A stretch of DNA of 57,721 nt, filler included, from Dugesia japonica (GCA_001938525.1; 6 parts of 6 records of this genome joined end to end with filler, not necessarily neighbours in it); one strand, 5' to 3'. Counted from the whole stretch's first letter, positions 23,759 to 36,444 are shown. Numbers and translations are program-made. The notes: a model not told the origin generated them from the letters alone.

Positions 23759-25086
23759 TTTGATGTTTTTATTATATTTTATTGATTCTAAATAAAATAG
23801 ATAGATTTCATTTAAGTTGTATAACAAATACAAAAAAGCTATAATAATTGAACACTAAATGAATGAAAAATAAATGAAAAGTGAACACTAATTAATGACA
23901 CTAAATAAATTGGGTAACAGATATTTATTGAATGCGTTCATAACCAGTTCACGGTCATAAATAACGTTTTAACGCCTGTAAATTAGATGTGTTAAAAATA
24001 ATTTACCCTCAGTTTAAAAGGTTATGAATACATCATATTGCCTTGTTTCTGGGCGGTAAGAAATTTTTTATTACTGAAAATATTATAAACTTCATAAAAT
24101 AAAAGTTACGATGTTTGTTCTTTGAACCAATACAAATATGCATACGAATTAATGATAATAATACAAAAAGTATATAGAATGTTAACCATATATATAACAT
24201 ATTAAAGTTGAAAACATTTTTGATATTTTGTGAACAAATTTTTAAAAAATTTTCGCAAAATTTAGATTTAGATTTTAATTAATTTTAAGTTAAAATTAAT
24301 TTCATTAAAAATTAATTTGATTTGAGTTGATCATTTGAAAATTTATTAAAAATCATAATTAATTAAAATTATTTGTTTTCAAATTTTGTTAGAAATTATG
24401 TCTTAATATTTTTTATGAAATTTAAATCATTGTATTAAGGCATAAATAATTATCACTCATGAAATATCGCCTTTGTAAAGGAAAAAAAGAAATTGCTTTT
24501 TAATGTTAAAAAACTTATTAATTTAATCAAAATATGAGCCATGTTTACCCATAATCTTCTCCCAACGTTCACTTCACTCTACATGGAGTGTATCATTTTT
24601 ATACGATTAAGCTATTCGAATGCTTTAATTAATTTTTATTCATTATTAAACAAATTAGTGTTTGTATTGTGCTTAATTTTTGTAAAGGTTCTCCGGTTTT
24701 CGTCGATCTTCTCTAATCTATTTTCACTGCATAAAGTATTCTTCACCTCTAATTAGTGACGTTAGTTTGTTAGTAAAGTATATAAGTACTCGCGAGGGTA
24801 GGGTGAAGGTAGGTAATGCGCACACTACAAATCATCATACATTAGTAATTAAAAACTAATCAATGTACAAGACTAACTACTATAGAGAATCGTTTTGACT
24901 GTCTGAGAGCATATCCATTGACCATATTCATTTATCCATGCTATACCAAGAAAGNNNNNNNNNNNNNNNNNNNNNNNNNNNNNNNNNNNNNNNNNNNNNN
25001 NNNNNNNNNNNNNNNNNNNNNNNNNNNNNNNNNNNNNNNNNNNNNNNNNNNNNNNNNNNNNNNNNNNNNNNNNNNNNNNNNNNNNN

Positions 25087-25400
25087 GGTATTTATGCCAG
25101 TTTTCTGGAACAACCCCATTCTTTTTATTGATTAATTTATGTCGTTTGATATTTCGAGACCTTTCATTGGTTGAATTTATCATTCTTTATCCTATCACTT
25201 CTTCTTATTGGCTAATATGTTGGAATTCCAAAACTTGTGGAGTTTGATTGGTTGTCTTTCAAACCTTGTAACGTTCTTCCTAGTTGATTTATGGTTTTCT
25301 CGTTTTGACTTTTGGAGTCTTCGTATTTTTTGCTGTCATAATTTTCTTGTTTGCCAATTTTTTAACGACGGCAGGCCATCGTTTTCTTCTGTTTTAACTT
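25087..25400 (-). promoter_or_regulatory. CCAAT-rich promoter-like module related to those in contig 4
   Basis: Minus-strand CCAAT at 25251, 25211 and 25170, then AAGAATGGGGTTGT..CATAAATACC, similar to AAGAATCGGGTTGT..TATATAAACC at 33181-33215. Confidence 0.5.
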
Positions 25401-25949
25401 TCTTATGAAAAATATTAAATATTTTTTATCTGGATGGTTTTTTTATTTTTTTAATAAATTAATTATTTATTTTTATTTTTTCTTAATTAATTTATTAATC
25501 AGATTCTTATTTTTCATGCTAAGCTAAATATTAATAAAATTTTAGCTTTTCTTCTAAACACCTAATTCATTTGATTTATTTCTAATTAATCAAGTTAATT
25601 TAATTAATGAAGCTAATTTAGTATATTTATTCTTGTTAATAAATTATTGGCCATCCAATATTTGAATCTTCTTTGTCTTCTAGTTCTGCTGTTTTCTTCA
25701 TTTATCATCTACTTTTGTTCTTATTCTCATTGTGTTTGGTTAATAATTCGATGGTGTCTCTGTCTCTTTCTTCTATTCTTGCTTTCTTCACCCTGTTTAA
25801 TGGTTGTTATTCACAGTTGGTTTCCCCTTGTATTTAGATAGTTCTTCAATTTCATCTTTGCCATCATTATTATATTCTTATTATACATCTTTCTATTTCT
25901 GGGCCTACTTATCAATTTTCTTTTATTTGTCCATTTTGGAGTGTTCTAC

Positions 25950-26215
25950 CCCAACAATTGTTTTGGAAAGTGTTTCGGTAACTCTTCTGAATTTAACCAT
26001 TATCCTGTCATCTTTCTGTTATCAAATAACATCCATTTCTCATTACACGTAAAAATCGATGCAAAAATTGTTCTCTTTCCTGCACAAAACCAACAATTAA
26101 CTCATTAAAGAAAATTATTCCTTATAATCACTTACTTATTAAGATGTCTGTTTCTTTGTATCTCATTAAGATGATGTGGAACAAACTTATTGATCTTTTT
26201 GACTTTTTCAATTTT
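25950..26215 (-). pseudogene. mariner transposase internal fragment
   Basis: KVKKINKFVPHHLNE (WVPHEL-like) and TCNEKWMLFDNRK..WL..PKHFPK. Confidence 0.75.
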
Positions 26216-26219
26216 CTTT

Positions 26220-27223
26220 AGGTGTCGAAAAACAGCTGTGCAAGATGTCTAGAGCTTTGGTGAAATTGTACAAACCACTGCTCTCGTATTTCGTATAATC
26301 ACCATCATCATTAGAATGTTGCGGGACAAAACTTGGGTGTGCAAACGACAGTTTATTGGAGACATTGGGTTCAGTTAGATTGTGGGTGCAATATAAAGGA
26401 AGAAAAGAACGGATATTATTCAGGGAAGTGAAGAAAGTAGTACCCGATATTATAGGTGGAATGGAATTTATGAATGCGTTCGGGTTCTGATTGCGGGAGG
26501 GTCTTTGAAGGAAAAGAGATGAAAAAGTTCGAAGATAAAGCAAAGATTACGTGGCAAGTGTCAAGTCCATATCATCATAGGACAAACGGTCAACTCGCAC
26601 GCCTATTTTGGACGATTAGGGATCTATTGAACGCATCGATTCGAGAAAGTGGAGCTTTGGATTGGGCAGAAATCCTGCCGGAAGTAGAGCTTACGCTTAA
26701 GCGACTAAACAGAAATCTACACAATGTAGTCCAGCAGAATTAGTATTTGGGAAACAGTTGTACAGGGAAGTATGGTGGTCAAAAGAAAAGACGAACAAAA
26801 ATCAGGTGTCAGATATGACTGAGGATAAAAAAAGGCAGACAAAAAGACATTTTCAAATAGGTGAGGAAGTACTGGTAGAAGTATAATATCGAGATAAAAC
26901 TCAATATCGGTATGAGGAACCGTATTTAGTGATGAAAAAGATTTATGAGAGACGTTATGTAGTTGAAAGGAAAAATGGAAAAAGATTGACGCGATACATC
27001 GAAAAACTTTAAAAATTTGGGAAGGAGGGGGATGTCAGGATAAGTAAATGAATATTTTAAGTTTTATTTTTAGAAATTAATGAGAAATTAATTTCACTAA
27101 ATAAAGAAGTTGTTTGAATATTCAGAGTGCTTGGCAGAAGATCAAAAAACCAAAGAGAAGCAGATAATTATTAAAAGCCGGAATTTATTAACTTTTGTAA
27201 AATAAATATTTTATATGATGACA
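26220..27223 (+). mobile_element. Gypsy integrase 3' end, polypurine tract and 3' LTR (27033-27223)
   Basis: SD.GRVF..SSPYHHRTNGQ..TIRDLL integrase core and YEEPY (GPY/F-like); PPT GGGAAGGAGGGGGA at 27019-27032 followed directly by TGTCA...TGACA, with AATAAA at 27201. Confidence 0.85.
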
Positions 27224-28656
27224 AACTCTTTTCTGAATGAGCACGTATGCTCTGTTTTTAATGTTAACAGAATTGTTGCAAAAATTCTATTTGATGTTTC
27301 ATAAAAATGTTTATGCAAAGAAAATCAAAATTGCTCGAATTTGTACAGCTACCGAAAAAGTCACGAAAAGTTATGAGAAGCAATTAAAAATGATTATATT
27401 ATATAGAATGAAAATGAGTTAAGATTAAACACAAGCACATATGGAATCGAGTTTATAATTGGCTGATAAAGAAACTCATTAAAAATACATTTCAGATCAG
27501 TAACTAAGGACAGTGAATGCTATCTATTCTAGATAAAGAAACCAATATTTTTGAACCTAAAGAAAAGAATACTACGCGCTTGAATTACAAGTTGTAAGTG
27601 ATTAGCTTTTTCTTGGTTTGTTTTTTATCGAGTCATCGCGAGCATTATAGATACTGAGAAATATAAATTGTCAACGCATGTCAGAAAGAACGTGCTAGAA
27701 AAGGAAATTTATTCAAAATGGATGGTTAAAGAAAATGTTAGAATCATTACATTGAAGTACACTTGTTGATAAAAGGAATATGTTTAAATAAGGTACGAAA
27801 TAGCGAATTATATGAAAAACGACTACCTGTGTATTGATTCCATATAAAAAAATATTAACATTATGAAAAATTACAATAAAAACAGTACGAGAAATTAATT
27901 TTAATATGATATTTAAATTAAATTAATCACACAATATGTATCATTTACACACTTTCTAGATGTCATGTAAAAGGTTAAAATGAATTACAACTTTAGTAAT
28001 CAATATAAGATAATTATATATTATAAATAATTAATTTTTTTAAAAATAGTTCTACTTTTCAAGCTATTCCATTATAAAACTGTTTTAAAAAATTTGACGG
28101 AAAATCAGTAAAATAATTATTACAAAAAAATTAATTTAAAATTGTTAAAATTCATATTTAATTTCAAATTTAAACAGAAATCCAATAATTATATAATTAA
28201 AGTATTATAATCATTTTTAGCAAATTTAGATCAACTGCAATCGTTTTTTGAAAATGTATTTTGAAAAGCTTAATCTAACTAAATTAAAAGCTTCGATCAA
28301 AATATTGTTTTTTTTGTTGTTTTGGTTTTGTAATTAGTTATTCGAATTTCCAATAATTGCCTTCTTCAAGTATTTAATTTTTTATGTATCTGATATTAAA
28401 ATTTATATTTGTAAAACTTATTTTTGTAAAATCTATAAAAATCTGGCTGATAAAGCAAATAGGTAAAATAATCAAAAGTAATAAAAAATAATCAAAAAAT
28501 CAAACAAACAGTTCTGACGAAAACGACTTTTTAACATTTAAATATTAAAAATAAATCATTTTTGTTTAATTTATATAACCGAAAAATTACTATTTTAAAT
28601 TTAAAATTTTTTCCTAAATTGTATTTTTGTTTCTTAGAATAAAATACATATTTTAC

Positions 28657-30059
28657 ATGTCAGCTCCATATCAGTTTGCAGTGTCATATGAAAATTTATC
28701 AAAGCATTACAAAGAAACTTTTAGTAAAGTAATTACACTCATTTACATTAATTAAATGTTTAAACATTTTAAAATTACTTTTAATTGGAATTTATATGAA
28801 TTTATACTTAAGATATTATTTAAATATATATATATATTTAATAACAGAATTACAAAAAATTCTACGGTAAATTTATTCGTTAAGAATTTTGTAATAGTTA
28901 AAGTTTAAAGAAATTTTAAAATTTCCAGGAACCGAAATTTTTGATTTAGATCAGTGTTTCTCAAAGTGGAGTAAATTCTCTCAAGGGAGGAAAGGAGACC
29001 CAAAAGGGAGGAAATACTTAATTTCAAAACAAGTAGACTTTATCAAAACCAGGGTATGAGGGTAGCTTTGTCTAAAATTACTTCCATATTTGATTTTCTG
29101 CTTGCTAAAAAACAATAGCATTTGTCACATTAAATTAATTTAGCGAATTTAATAGAAATTTTTATGAATATTTTGTATTTTAATTATTTTTTAAAAGATT
29201 CTAAAAAGGAGGAACAAATTAATCATAACCATATTGCATATGTAATTAATTATCAAAACAGTTTAAGAAACAAGGATTTAGATAGTTTGGAAAGCATAAA
29301 TTTATGAAAATTTGAATATTTTTCCTTTTATTGAAAATATGTAATTACTGTTAATAGAATTTAGTTAATTAACACAGAAGTAATTAGATAATTATCAATT
29401 TTTTAGATTTACTTAGTTCATAATAACAAATGAAAATATTTTTGTTTACAGGAAATTGGTCTTAAGGAACTGATTACCAGATTCGTAAACGAGTAAGTTA
29501 AATTTCCTGTATTTAAATAACTGAAAATTTATTTGCATTGTATTAAATTTGTAAACGGATGCTACTGATTGAAAGTATTTATTTATAGATATCGATTAAT
29601 TACTAAATTTAATTATAGATTTGTATACAATACTGTTATTACTAAATGAAATATTTTATTTTAGTTTTGGAAAAGAACATATTTCAGTCGATGAATTTTC
29701 ATTAATAGTACATATTAAAGACGAACCACCATTTTATCTCAAAGATACAGTATGAATATATATTTTTATACATTATAATAAGTATATAAATATTTAAAAG
29801 AATATCCAATGCTTACCAAGAGTGTATATGATGTATTTATGTCCCCTTCCGGTTATTATTTTAAGATTAATAATGACTTAATTATAATACAGGAAAAAGA
29901 AGTTATTGACATTAAAAATCAAATGACATCTAAAGATAATGAAGTCACTAAAAAATCATTAGAATGTTTGGTTAAACGGCTTTCTGTACAAGAATTCGTC
30001 AGACTATGTATTGAAAATGGATTACACATCGATTTGTTTCGTTTGGTTGAAAAAGTAAT
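28657..30059 (+). CDS. ELMO: ELMO/CED-12-like gene, 5' exons (28657-28728, 29452-29492, 29665-29749, 29801-29851, 29893-30059), truncated by contig end
   Basis: GT-AG introns give one open frame: MSAPYQFAVSYENLSKHYKETFSK/EIGLKELITRFVND/FGKEHISVDEFSL..PFYLKDT/NIQCLPRVYMMYLCPLP/EKEVIDIKNQMTSKDNEVTKKSLECLVKRLSVQEFVRLCIENGLHIDLFRLVEK; pattern and spacing match the ELMO N-terminus (VKVAI, LSAII, YFAL..FYITEK/N..SP, LEALKDL..F). Confidence 0.7.
28952..29275. mobile_element. hAT (Buster/Charlie-type) MITE in intron 1 of the ELMO-like gene
   Basis: TIR CAGTGTTTCTCAAAGTG vs revcomp CCTTGTTTCTTAAACTG; perfect 8-bp TSD ATTTAGAT (28944-28951, 29276-29283) with central TA. Confidence 0.85.
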
Positions 30060-30067
30060 GTAAGTTT

Positions 30068-30167
30068 NNNNNNNNNNNNNNNNNNNNNNNNNNNNNNNNN
30101 NNNNNNNNNNNTTAATTAATTAANNNNNNNNNNNNNNNNNNNNNNNNNNNNNNNNNNNNNNNNNNNN
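30068..30167. other. artificial contig linker
   Basis: 44N-TTAATTAATTAA-44N. Confidence 0.97.
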
Positions 30168-30269
30168 TGATGAGTTTATTTCTTTTATATCTTAATTTAA
30201 TGTAAATTTAAGTAAATCAAATAAAAAGTTTCATTATTATACGGTCTATTATGATTAAAGGTTCCATTC

Positions 30270-30808
30270 AATCCCAACCAATCAGATCGATAATTAAAAT
30301 TTGGAATTTCCTAAAGAACACATTAAAAATTTAAATTAAAAATTTCACATTCTAACTTACATCCTGCTAATGACATTCAAAATAGACAACGACATACATC
30401 GATTAAAGAACATCATCTAGCGGCTCAATTATTCAAATAATATCGGATAGAAAATCGTTATTGCCATACGACAACCAGTTGGAATCAAGAGATAATTGTC
30501 AAAATTTGAAATTACCAATACCTTGATTGAAGCAGGAAATCAGCTGTCATTTCCATTAAATATCCACTACTAGGCTACTATAAATAGTCTACTATAAAGA
30601 AGCAGAAACATACAGAAATAAGAAATATTAATTTTTCGATTATTTGTGCTCACATCAAATCAGATCAAGATCAATCTAGTTCATTATTCAGAACAGGAAA
30701 ATAATAATAGTCATTAGTTATTTCATTATCACAGCGAAATTATCCTACAACCAGACAATTCAAGATCCAATTTTTTCAGTTCCAACCGTAGTCATCAATT
30801 AAGTATGT
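30270..30808 (+). promoter_or_regulatory. putative promoter/leader exon of cassette unit 1 (CCAAT, TATAAA, donor GTATGT at 30803)
   Basis: AACCAATCAG at ~30276, CTATAAATAG/CTATAAAG at ~30577-30600, GTATGT just before the T-rich spacer begins. Confidence 0.4.
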
Positions 30809-32014
30809 TATATATTGTTTTTATGTAATTATATGCAATTTTGTAATCTAATTTGATTTACTTTTTGTTTTTTATTGTCATTAAAAAATTATATGTTTTA
30901 TCTAATCATTATTTTGAGTTTTAAAGGTTTGACTTTATTATGATTAGCGTTTTAGTAAGACACTATAAGTTAGTAAGAGTACGCATATTATGAGTTAATA
31001 AATTATTAAACCACCAATTTTTATAAGAACTATCAATGAAACTACTATTTCTACTTATATTCGTATTATTATTATTATTATGATTATTATTATTATTATT
31101 ATCATTTTTTTTTATTATTGTTATTATTAATACCATTTTTAAATTATTATTATCGGCATTATGGTCATTACTATTATTCGTGATTATTATTACTATTATT
31201 ACTATTATTAGGAATACTATTAAGATTACTGACTTGAGATTATTGTTCTTGTCATTACTATNNNNNNNNNNNNNNNNNNNNNNNNNNNNNNNNNNNNNNN
31301 NNNNNNNNNNNNTTGATATTATTAATTAGCAATAGGACTATCATTAATACTGGAATTATTACTATGGTTAAACTTATCTTCATTTTAATAATATTAGTTT
31401 TACTTCTAGTTTATTAATCTGTATGATTATAGTTATTAGTACGAGATCTATCCCTTACTCATGTCATCAACATCGTCAGTATAATTACCATTAGATCTAT
31501 AGTCCTTTAAACCTATAATTATATTTAACATTATTAAAATCAGATACATTGTCATTCATCTATAATCACTACTGTTATTATAGTACTACCGTTGAATTTT
31601 TAAGAATATAAATTATTATTATTTATTCATTATCATAATATTCTATGTTTTTAGCTAATTGATATTTCTTTTATAATTTAACTAACTTATCAGTAACATA
31701 CAGCCATCATTAAATTGCGGTAACTATAGGTATACTTATATTACAATTTAATCAGTATATTTTACCATCCATACGATAACGCTCATAAGACTTACATAAA
31801 TGTGCTATTATGTTTCAAACTAATGTTTTTCATCACGAATACCCTTACCATAATTATAGCTTTATTCATTACATTACACTAAAACTCAAATATCAACTCT
31901 ATAAAATCAACTCGAAAATACCTTCACGAAATCTTTGTTGAGACTCACTCGTCTTATTTCATTATCGAGTAATGAAATCCAGATTAAGCACTATTTAATC
32001 TGATACTTTTAGAC

Positions 32015-32404
32015 ATGGACGAGAATTCACCACATAATATAGCTAACCAGCACCTGTTCCAGCTCAGACCAAGCCGAACCTTGGGAGCAGAGGTGCAAAT
32101 AGCAGCTAGCTTTGATTGGCAGTTAGCCACCACAACTAATTGGTCAAGAGTCTGTAAAGCTCTTCAAGAAAAAATATGAATGTTGGTGTTCGAGATGACC
32201 CAACTCCGTCGCCAGAATATTGAGTATACGTACCATTATAGAATCGTTACGGTTATTGTTAAATTCACCTATCATCCAACTATTGTACCTTGCAATAAGT
32301 ATCCGTGCTATTTTTCTAACAATAGATTAGTTTCACTGATAATCTTAGATACTTTTATAGTTCTGGACCCAATCACGGTTCATCACCATTATACAGGAAA
32401 CTAA
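32015..32404 (+). pseudogene. unknown small protein family X, copy 1 (in-frame TGA at 32177)
   Basis: MDENSPHNIANQHLFQLRPSRTLGAEVQIAASFDWQLATTTNWSRVCKALQEKI*MLVFEMTQLRRQNIEYT aligns without gaps to copy 2, with many synonymous differences; TTTTAG 2 nt before the ATG. Confidence 0.7.
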
Positions 32405-32472
32405 TTTGGAGTTATTTCTTTAGAGAATAAAGAAGTGCAGATTAAAACTAAATAATCTGTGAATTCTAGAAA

Positions 32473-32853
32473 ATGGACGAAAACGATCCACAAAACGTCG
32501 CCAATCAACACCTATCCCAGCTCCGACCCAGCAGAACCTTTGGAGACGAAGTACCAATTGCCGCCAGTTTCGATGGACAACTAGCTACTTAAGCAAATTG
32601 GTCCAGGGCATACCAAGCTATACAAGAAAATATTGGCATGCTCGTATTCGAAATGTCGCAGCTCAGGCGACAAAATATTGAATATACCCGGAGGAACTAT
32701 TAGAATCTGAAGCTAGATGCCGAAGTGAAGTGGCTCCGAACAGAAAACCGTCAACTGAGTGACCGCCTGCACAACCAACCATCAACATCCTACTCAGTTC
32801 CTCCTCCCAGAAAAATCCGAAAGATCTTCATTGACCTATCCGAAGAAAATTGA
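32473..32853 (+). pseudogene. unknown small protein family X, copy 2 (126 codons, two in-frame stops)
   Basis: MDENDPQNVANQHLSQLRPSRTFGDEVPIAASFDGQLAT*ANWSRAYQAIQENIGMLVFEMSQLRRQNIEYTRRNY*NLKLDAEVKWLRTENRQLSDRLHNQPSTSYSVPPPRKIRKIFIDLSEEN; absent from the ORF track. Confidence 0.75.
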
Positions 32854-33019
32854 TGAAACTGCAGATTAAACACTGAATTTATTGTATATTTAATGTAAAA
32901 TATTATACTATTATTATAAGACTTCTATCGTCGTCAGGAACCTAAATTACATGCAGATGGTGCGCTCATGCACTCTTAACGTCATGTAAGAGTCACCGAA
33001 GCTGCCATTAAGGCCAATA

Positions 33020-33526
33020 AGGAGCCAAAAAAGAAACGTGAGACAAAGGCCTGAAAATCACATGGTGTCTTAAAAACAGACATCAATGAAAATCAAAAAT
33101 TCTTAGAAAAAATCAAATAATTAGTACCAGCACCAATCAGAAATGGTTAACATAAAACAAATTTAGACGGCCAATACTGAAAGAATCGGGTTGTAGGTGA
33201 AAAGTTATATAAACCCCCAAATTTTAGATGAAATTACCCTAAAAATTTGAATTAATTTTGGTCATCATCACGATAGTCAAATTACTGAGAATCGCAATTG
33301 AAAAGTGTGGTTGCAAGATCACTCGAATACTATTACAATTTCACGGATAATAATTGTGAAAAACGGACTTACAAGATTTTTAGACAAGATAGTGTTCAAC
33401 AATAATTCAACGGAAAATCAAGTAATAAATTTAAAGAAAGGTTCCAACCGATAAATTCCGGCACTTCAATCTAATCGACGAGAAAAAAACCTTTGCAGCT
33501 ATTTCAGTTATAATTGAACAGTGAGT
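33020..33526 (+). promoter_or_regulatory. promoter-like module of cassette unit 2 (CCAAT 33133 and 33171, TATATAAA 33206, donor GTGAGT 33521)
   Basis: Paralogous to 35955-36444 (AAAAGAAACxTGAGACAAAG..AAAATCACAxGGTGT); CCAAT spacing of 38 bp in both copies. Confidence 0.6.
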
Positions 33527-34761
33527 AAAAATTTTGTTTAATAATTCATGCTATGCGATTTGTCGTAAAATTTAATTAAAAAAAATTTATTTATTATAGA
33601 ATTGTTTATTTTTGGAAAATGCATGATAAAACACATATCATTTTTATTTATAGAAAATTCAATGCCATTGGCAATACCGTCCCAGTAAATCGTTATTAGG
33701 CAAATAGTAACATTTGTGGCAACTATTAATATTAGTTTCATAGCTAATCATGATCAAATAACTATCCGTGGTGTTACTGCTAAATTATTATCGGCACTAT
33801 TACGAGTATGATTATAATGATTAATTCTCTAGTTAAGAGTTATCAATGCTATCAACATACAAACTAACATTATCTTTGATAGTCGAGTAGTATTACTTGT
33901 ATTGACTATCATTATCACCATTAGTAATTAGTATACTTTTGAATTCCGGTTATCATGCTTATTATTCACTAATTGTTTGGTTGCGAGCACTACTCATATT
34001 AAAATAATTATTTCTTTACTGCTGGCGGTATTAATAGGACTAGTGCTATTAACATAATTATTATTACTCTATGTAATCTTATTATTATCAATATCATTAT
34101 TATTCTTGTTAATATTATCATTATTATTATATCTATTATTAACATANNNNNNNNNNNNNNNNNNNNNNNNNNNNNNNNNNNNNNNNNNNNNNNNNNNNNN
34201 NNNNNNNNNNNNNNNNNNNNNNNNNNNNNNNNNNNNNNNNNNNNNNNNNNNNNNNNNNNNNNNNNNNNNNNNNNNNNNNNNNNNNNNNNNNNNNTATCAT
34301 TATTATGAGAGTTATTAAGATTACAGTTATCCTGATGGTTATTATTATTATTATTTTGGTCGTTAAATATTATAGCGGTGAGCCGTTTATGTCTGCCCAC
34401 CATGATTATGCGTTAATACGAACCGATTTTTGAGCATCGATTGGCACAGTCAAACCATGATTTATTAACAATGGCACAACGAAGATTACCTGTCGCGACA
34501 CATGGTAAAGGTTCCGACGACTCCAGGGGTGATGAAATAATTCTGAGTTAATAAAATCATGAGTATCATGCTTATGTGTGTTAACATTAATATTTTTGCT
34601 TTTATTATCTTTCCAAACATCATATACAATTTGTGTCACCGTTAACACAAGCGATGCGTTTTTATTTCCAAGCATAGAGTATTCGATTATAATGATTTTC
34701 ATTAGACTAATTTATAATCCGCAGTTTAACATTTAGATTCCGCTGAGTTACCTTCGGTTGT

Positions 34762-34939
34762 ATGTCTAGAATATTAACAGACACCTTGGATTTCATCCGT
34801 CGGGAGAGAAAGCGGTCGCGCCGAAATCAGTCACCTCCTCTTCCCGAATATTATCCCTTCACCTGACGAGTTGGATTTGCAGTGTTTCCTGGAAATGTTC
34901 CTTATGGAACACCACGTTGATTTGGATGAGAATTCATAG
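34762..34939 (+). pseudogene. unknown small protein family Y, copy 1 (one frameshift)
   Basis: MSRILTDTLDFIRRERKR / EISHLLFPNIIPSPDELDLQCFLEMFLMEHHVDLDENS* aligns to ORF 38486-38671; AATAAA at 34972. Confidence 0.7.
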
Positions 34940-35061
34940 CTAAAATAGACTCCTTATAGTGCTTTAAATTAAATAAAACATGATTATCCATTTGTCTTCA
35001 TTTAAATGTTTATTAATTAATTTTTGTTTTTCCTGTTACCTGTTATTAATTTCAGTTTGGA

Positions 35062-35451
35062 ATGGAATATAAATGGGAAATATTATTAGACCGACGAACA
35101 GGCCGCACGACATTTAAGCGGTACAAGAACCAGTACAACAGGGACATTGGAATGTTTGAAGATCGATCAAATCTGACCACTGAGGAAGCAGATGAGGAAA
35201 GGTATTTGGTCGCCACTGAGCGCCAGGTCTATTATGACTGGTCCGGTCGCAACCGAGATGGTGAAGTATACCATTCTGTTAACATTACCTCTCTAGATGG
35301 TAATGGTGAATCATGAGGGTGGCATGAGGGCCCATCTATAGTCCCGATAACTACTCCACACTTGCCCCCTTTCTATGGGCTGGGTGTGTTCATTGATATT
35401 GGACAGACTCAGAGGCTCTTAAAACTAGTTAGGTGTCTTTTATGTAGTTAA
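35062..35451 (+). pseudogene. unknown protein family Z, copy 1 (in-frame TGA at 35314, homology continues past it)
   Basis: MEYKWEILLDRRTGRTTFKRYKN...DGNGES*GWHEGPSIV matches copy 2 (EHKWEILLDRRTGRTIFKRYKN...WQKGPSVV); TTTCAG ends at 35055, AATAAA at 35453. Confidence 0.75.
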
Positions 35452-35954
35452 TAATAAAATTCGAGTCGTGGTATTGCTTTACTGTTTTACGTCGATTCAT
35501 CAAGATATTTTACTTTAGATAAACATTGTAATAATCTATACTTTTTTAAATAAAAGTTAAACGCTCGGAATAAAAAATTCCGAGGACATTGAACTTTATT
35601 TTAATTTTCTAGTGCATTTTTCTTTAAATCGCTCTGTGGCAAGGAAAATGAATACCAGATGGTTGAAATATTATTCTAATTCAAGCTCAATAATTAAAAG
35701 GAAAATAAATGATTATTAGAAATCAGAAAATTATCATTGAAATGAAAATTTAATTATCGAGAAAAAATTAATTAATTTTAGTGAAAAAAGAAAATAAATT
35801 AAGCAAAAATCTGTTTTTTGAAGATATCCCCGCTCAACAATATCACAGAAACTTTTAATAAGAAAATCTGAAAAGGAAATGATATGGGGCAATAGGAAAA
35901 CTTTATCATCATCAATACGACCTTTACAAGGGTTTGAAAAACTGGCCAAAATGC

Positions 35955-36444
35955 AACCAGAAAAGAAACATGAGACAAAGACAGAAAAATCACAAGGTGT
36001 TCCAAAAATAGGCACCAATAATAGATGAAAAATTCTAAGAGAAAATCTGAAGATTGGCACCAACACCAATGAAAAACAAGAAATTCAAAATAAAAATAGA
36101 AGACCAATAGTGATTGTGCCAGGTTGTATCAGGAATGGTATAAACCCCCCCCTGAATTTTAGAAGAAACCTTTAAAATGTTTTCTAATTCGTTTGTTGTA
36201 TGTAGCGTGCGTGAACCAGTTAAAAACATTCATTGAAAAATATTGTNNAACGAACTTAGAAATTAACGAGAAATCACAACGAGTTGGTAATTTATTCGCT
36301 AGATCTTCCTATTATCACTAACTTATCAATTGAAGTAGCCGAGCGAACAAATAAAATCAATAATTGGAATTACCACCAAGAAACTCAAAGCCGAAATTAT
36401 TCATTTATTCCCTGTTGCAGAAAACTTTAGATAAATCAGTAAGT
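35955..36444 (+). promoter_or_regulatory. promoter-like module of cassette unit 3 (CCAAT 36066 and 36104, TATAAA 36139, donor GTAAGT 36439)
   Basis: Paralogous to 33020-33526; shared GGTTGTA..TATAAACCCCC..AATTTTAGA. Confidence 0.6.

Noticed and set aside
32473-32853. Stop-codon reassignment or readthrough to explain in-frame TAA/TAG/TGA in X and Z
   Set aside because: The stops are of all three types and at different positions in paralogs, frameshifts also occur, and host genes here end in TAA; ordinary decay is simpler.
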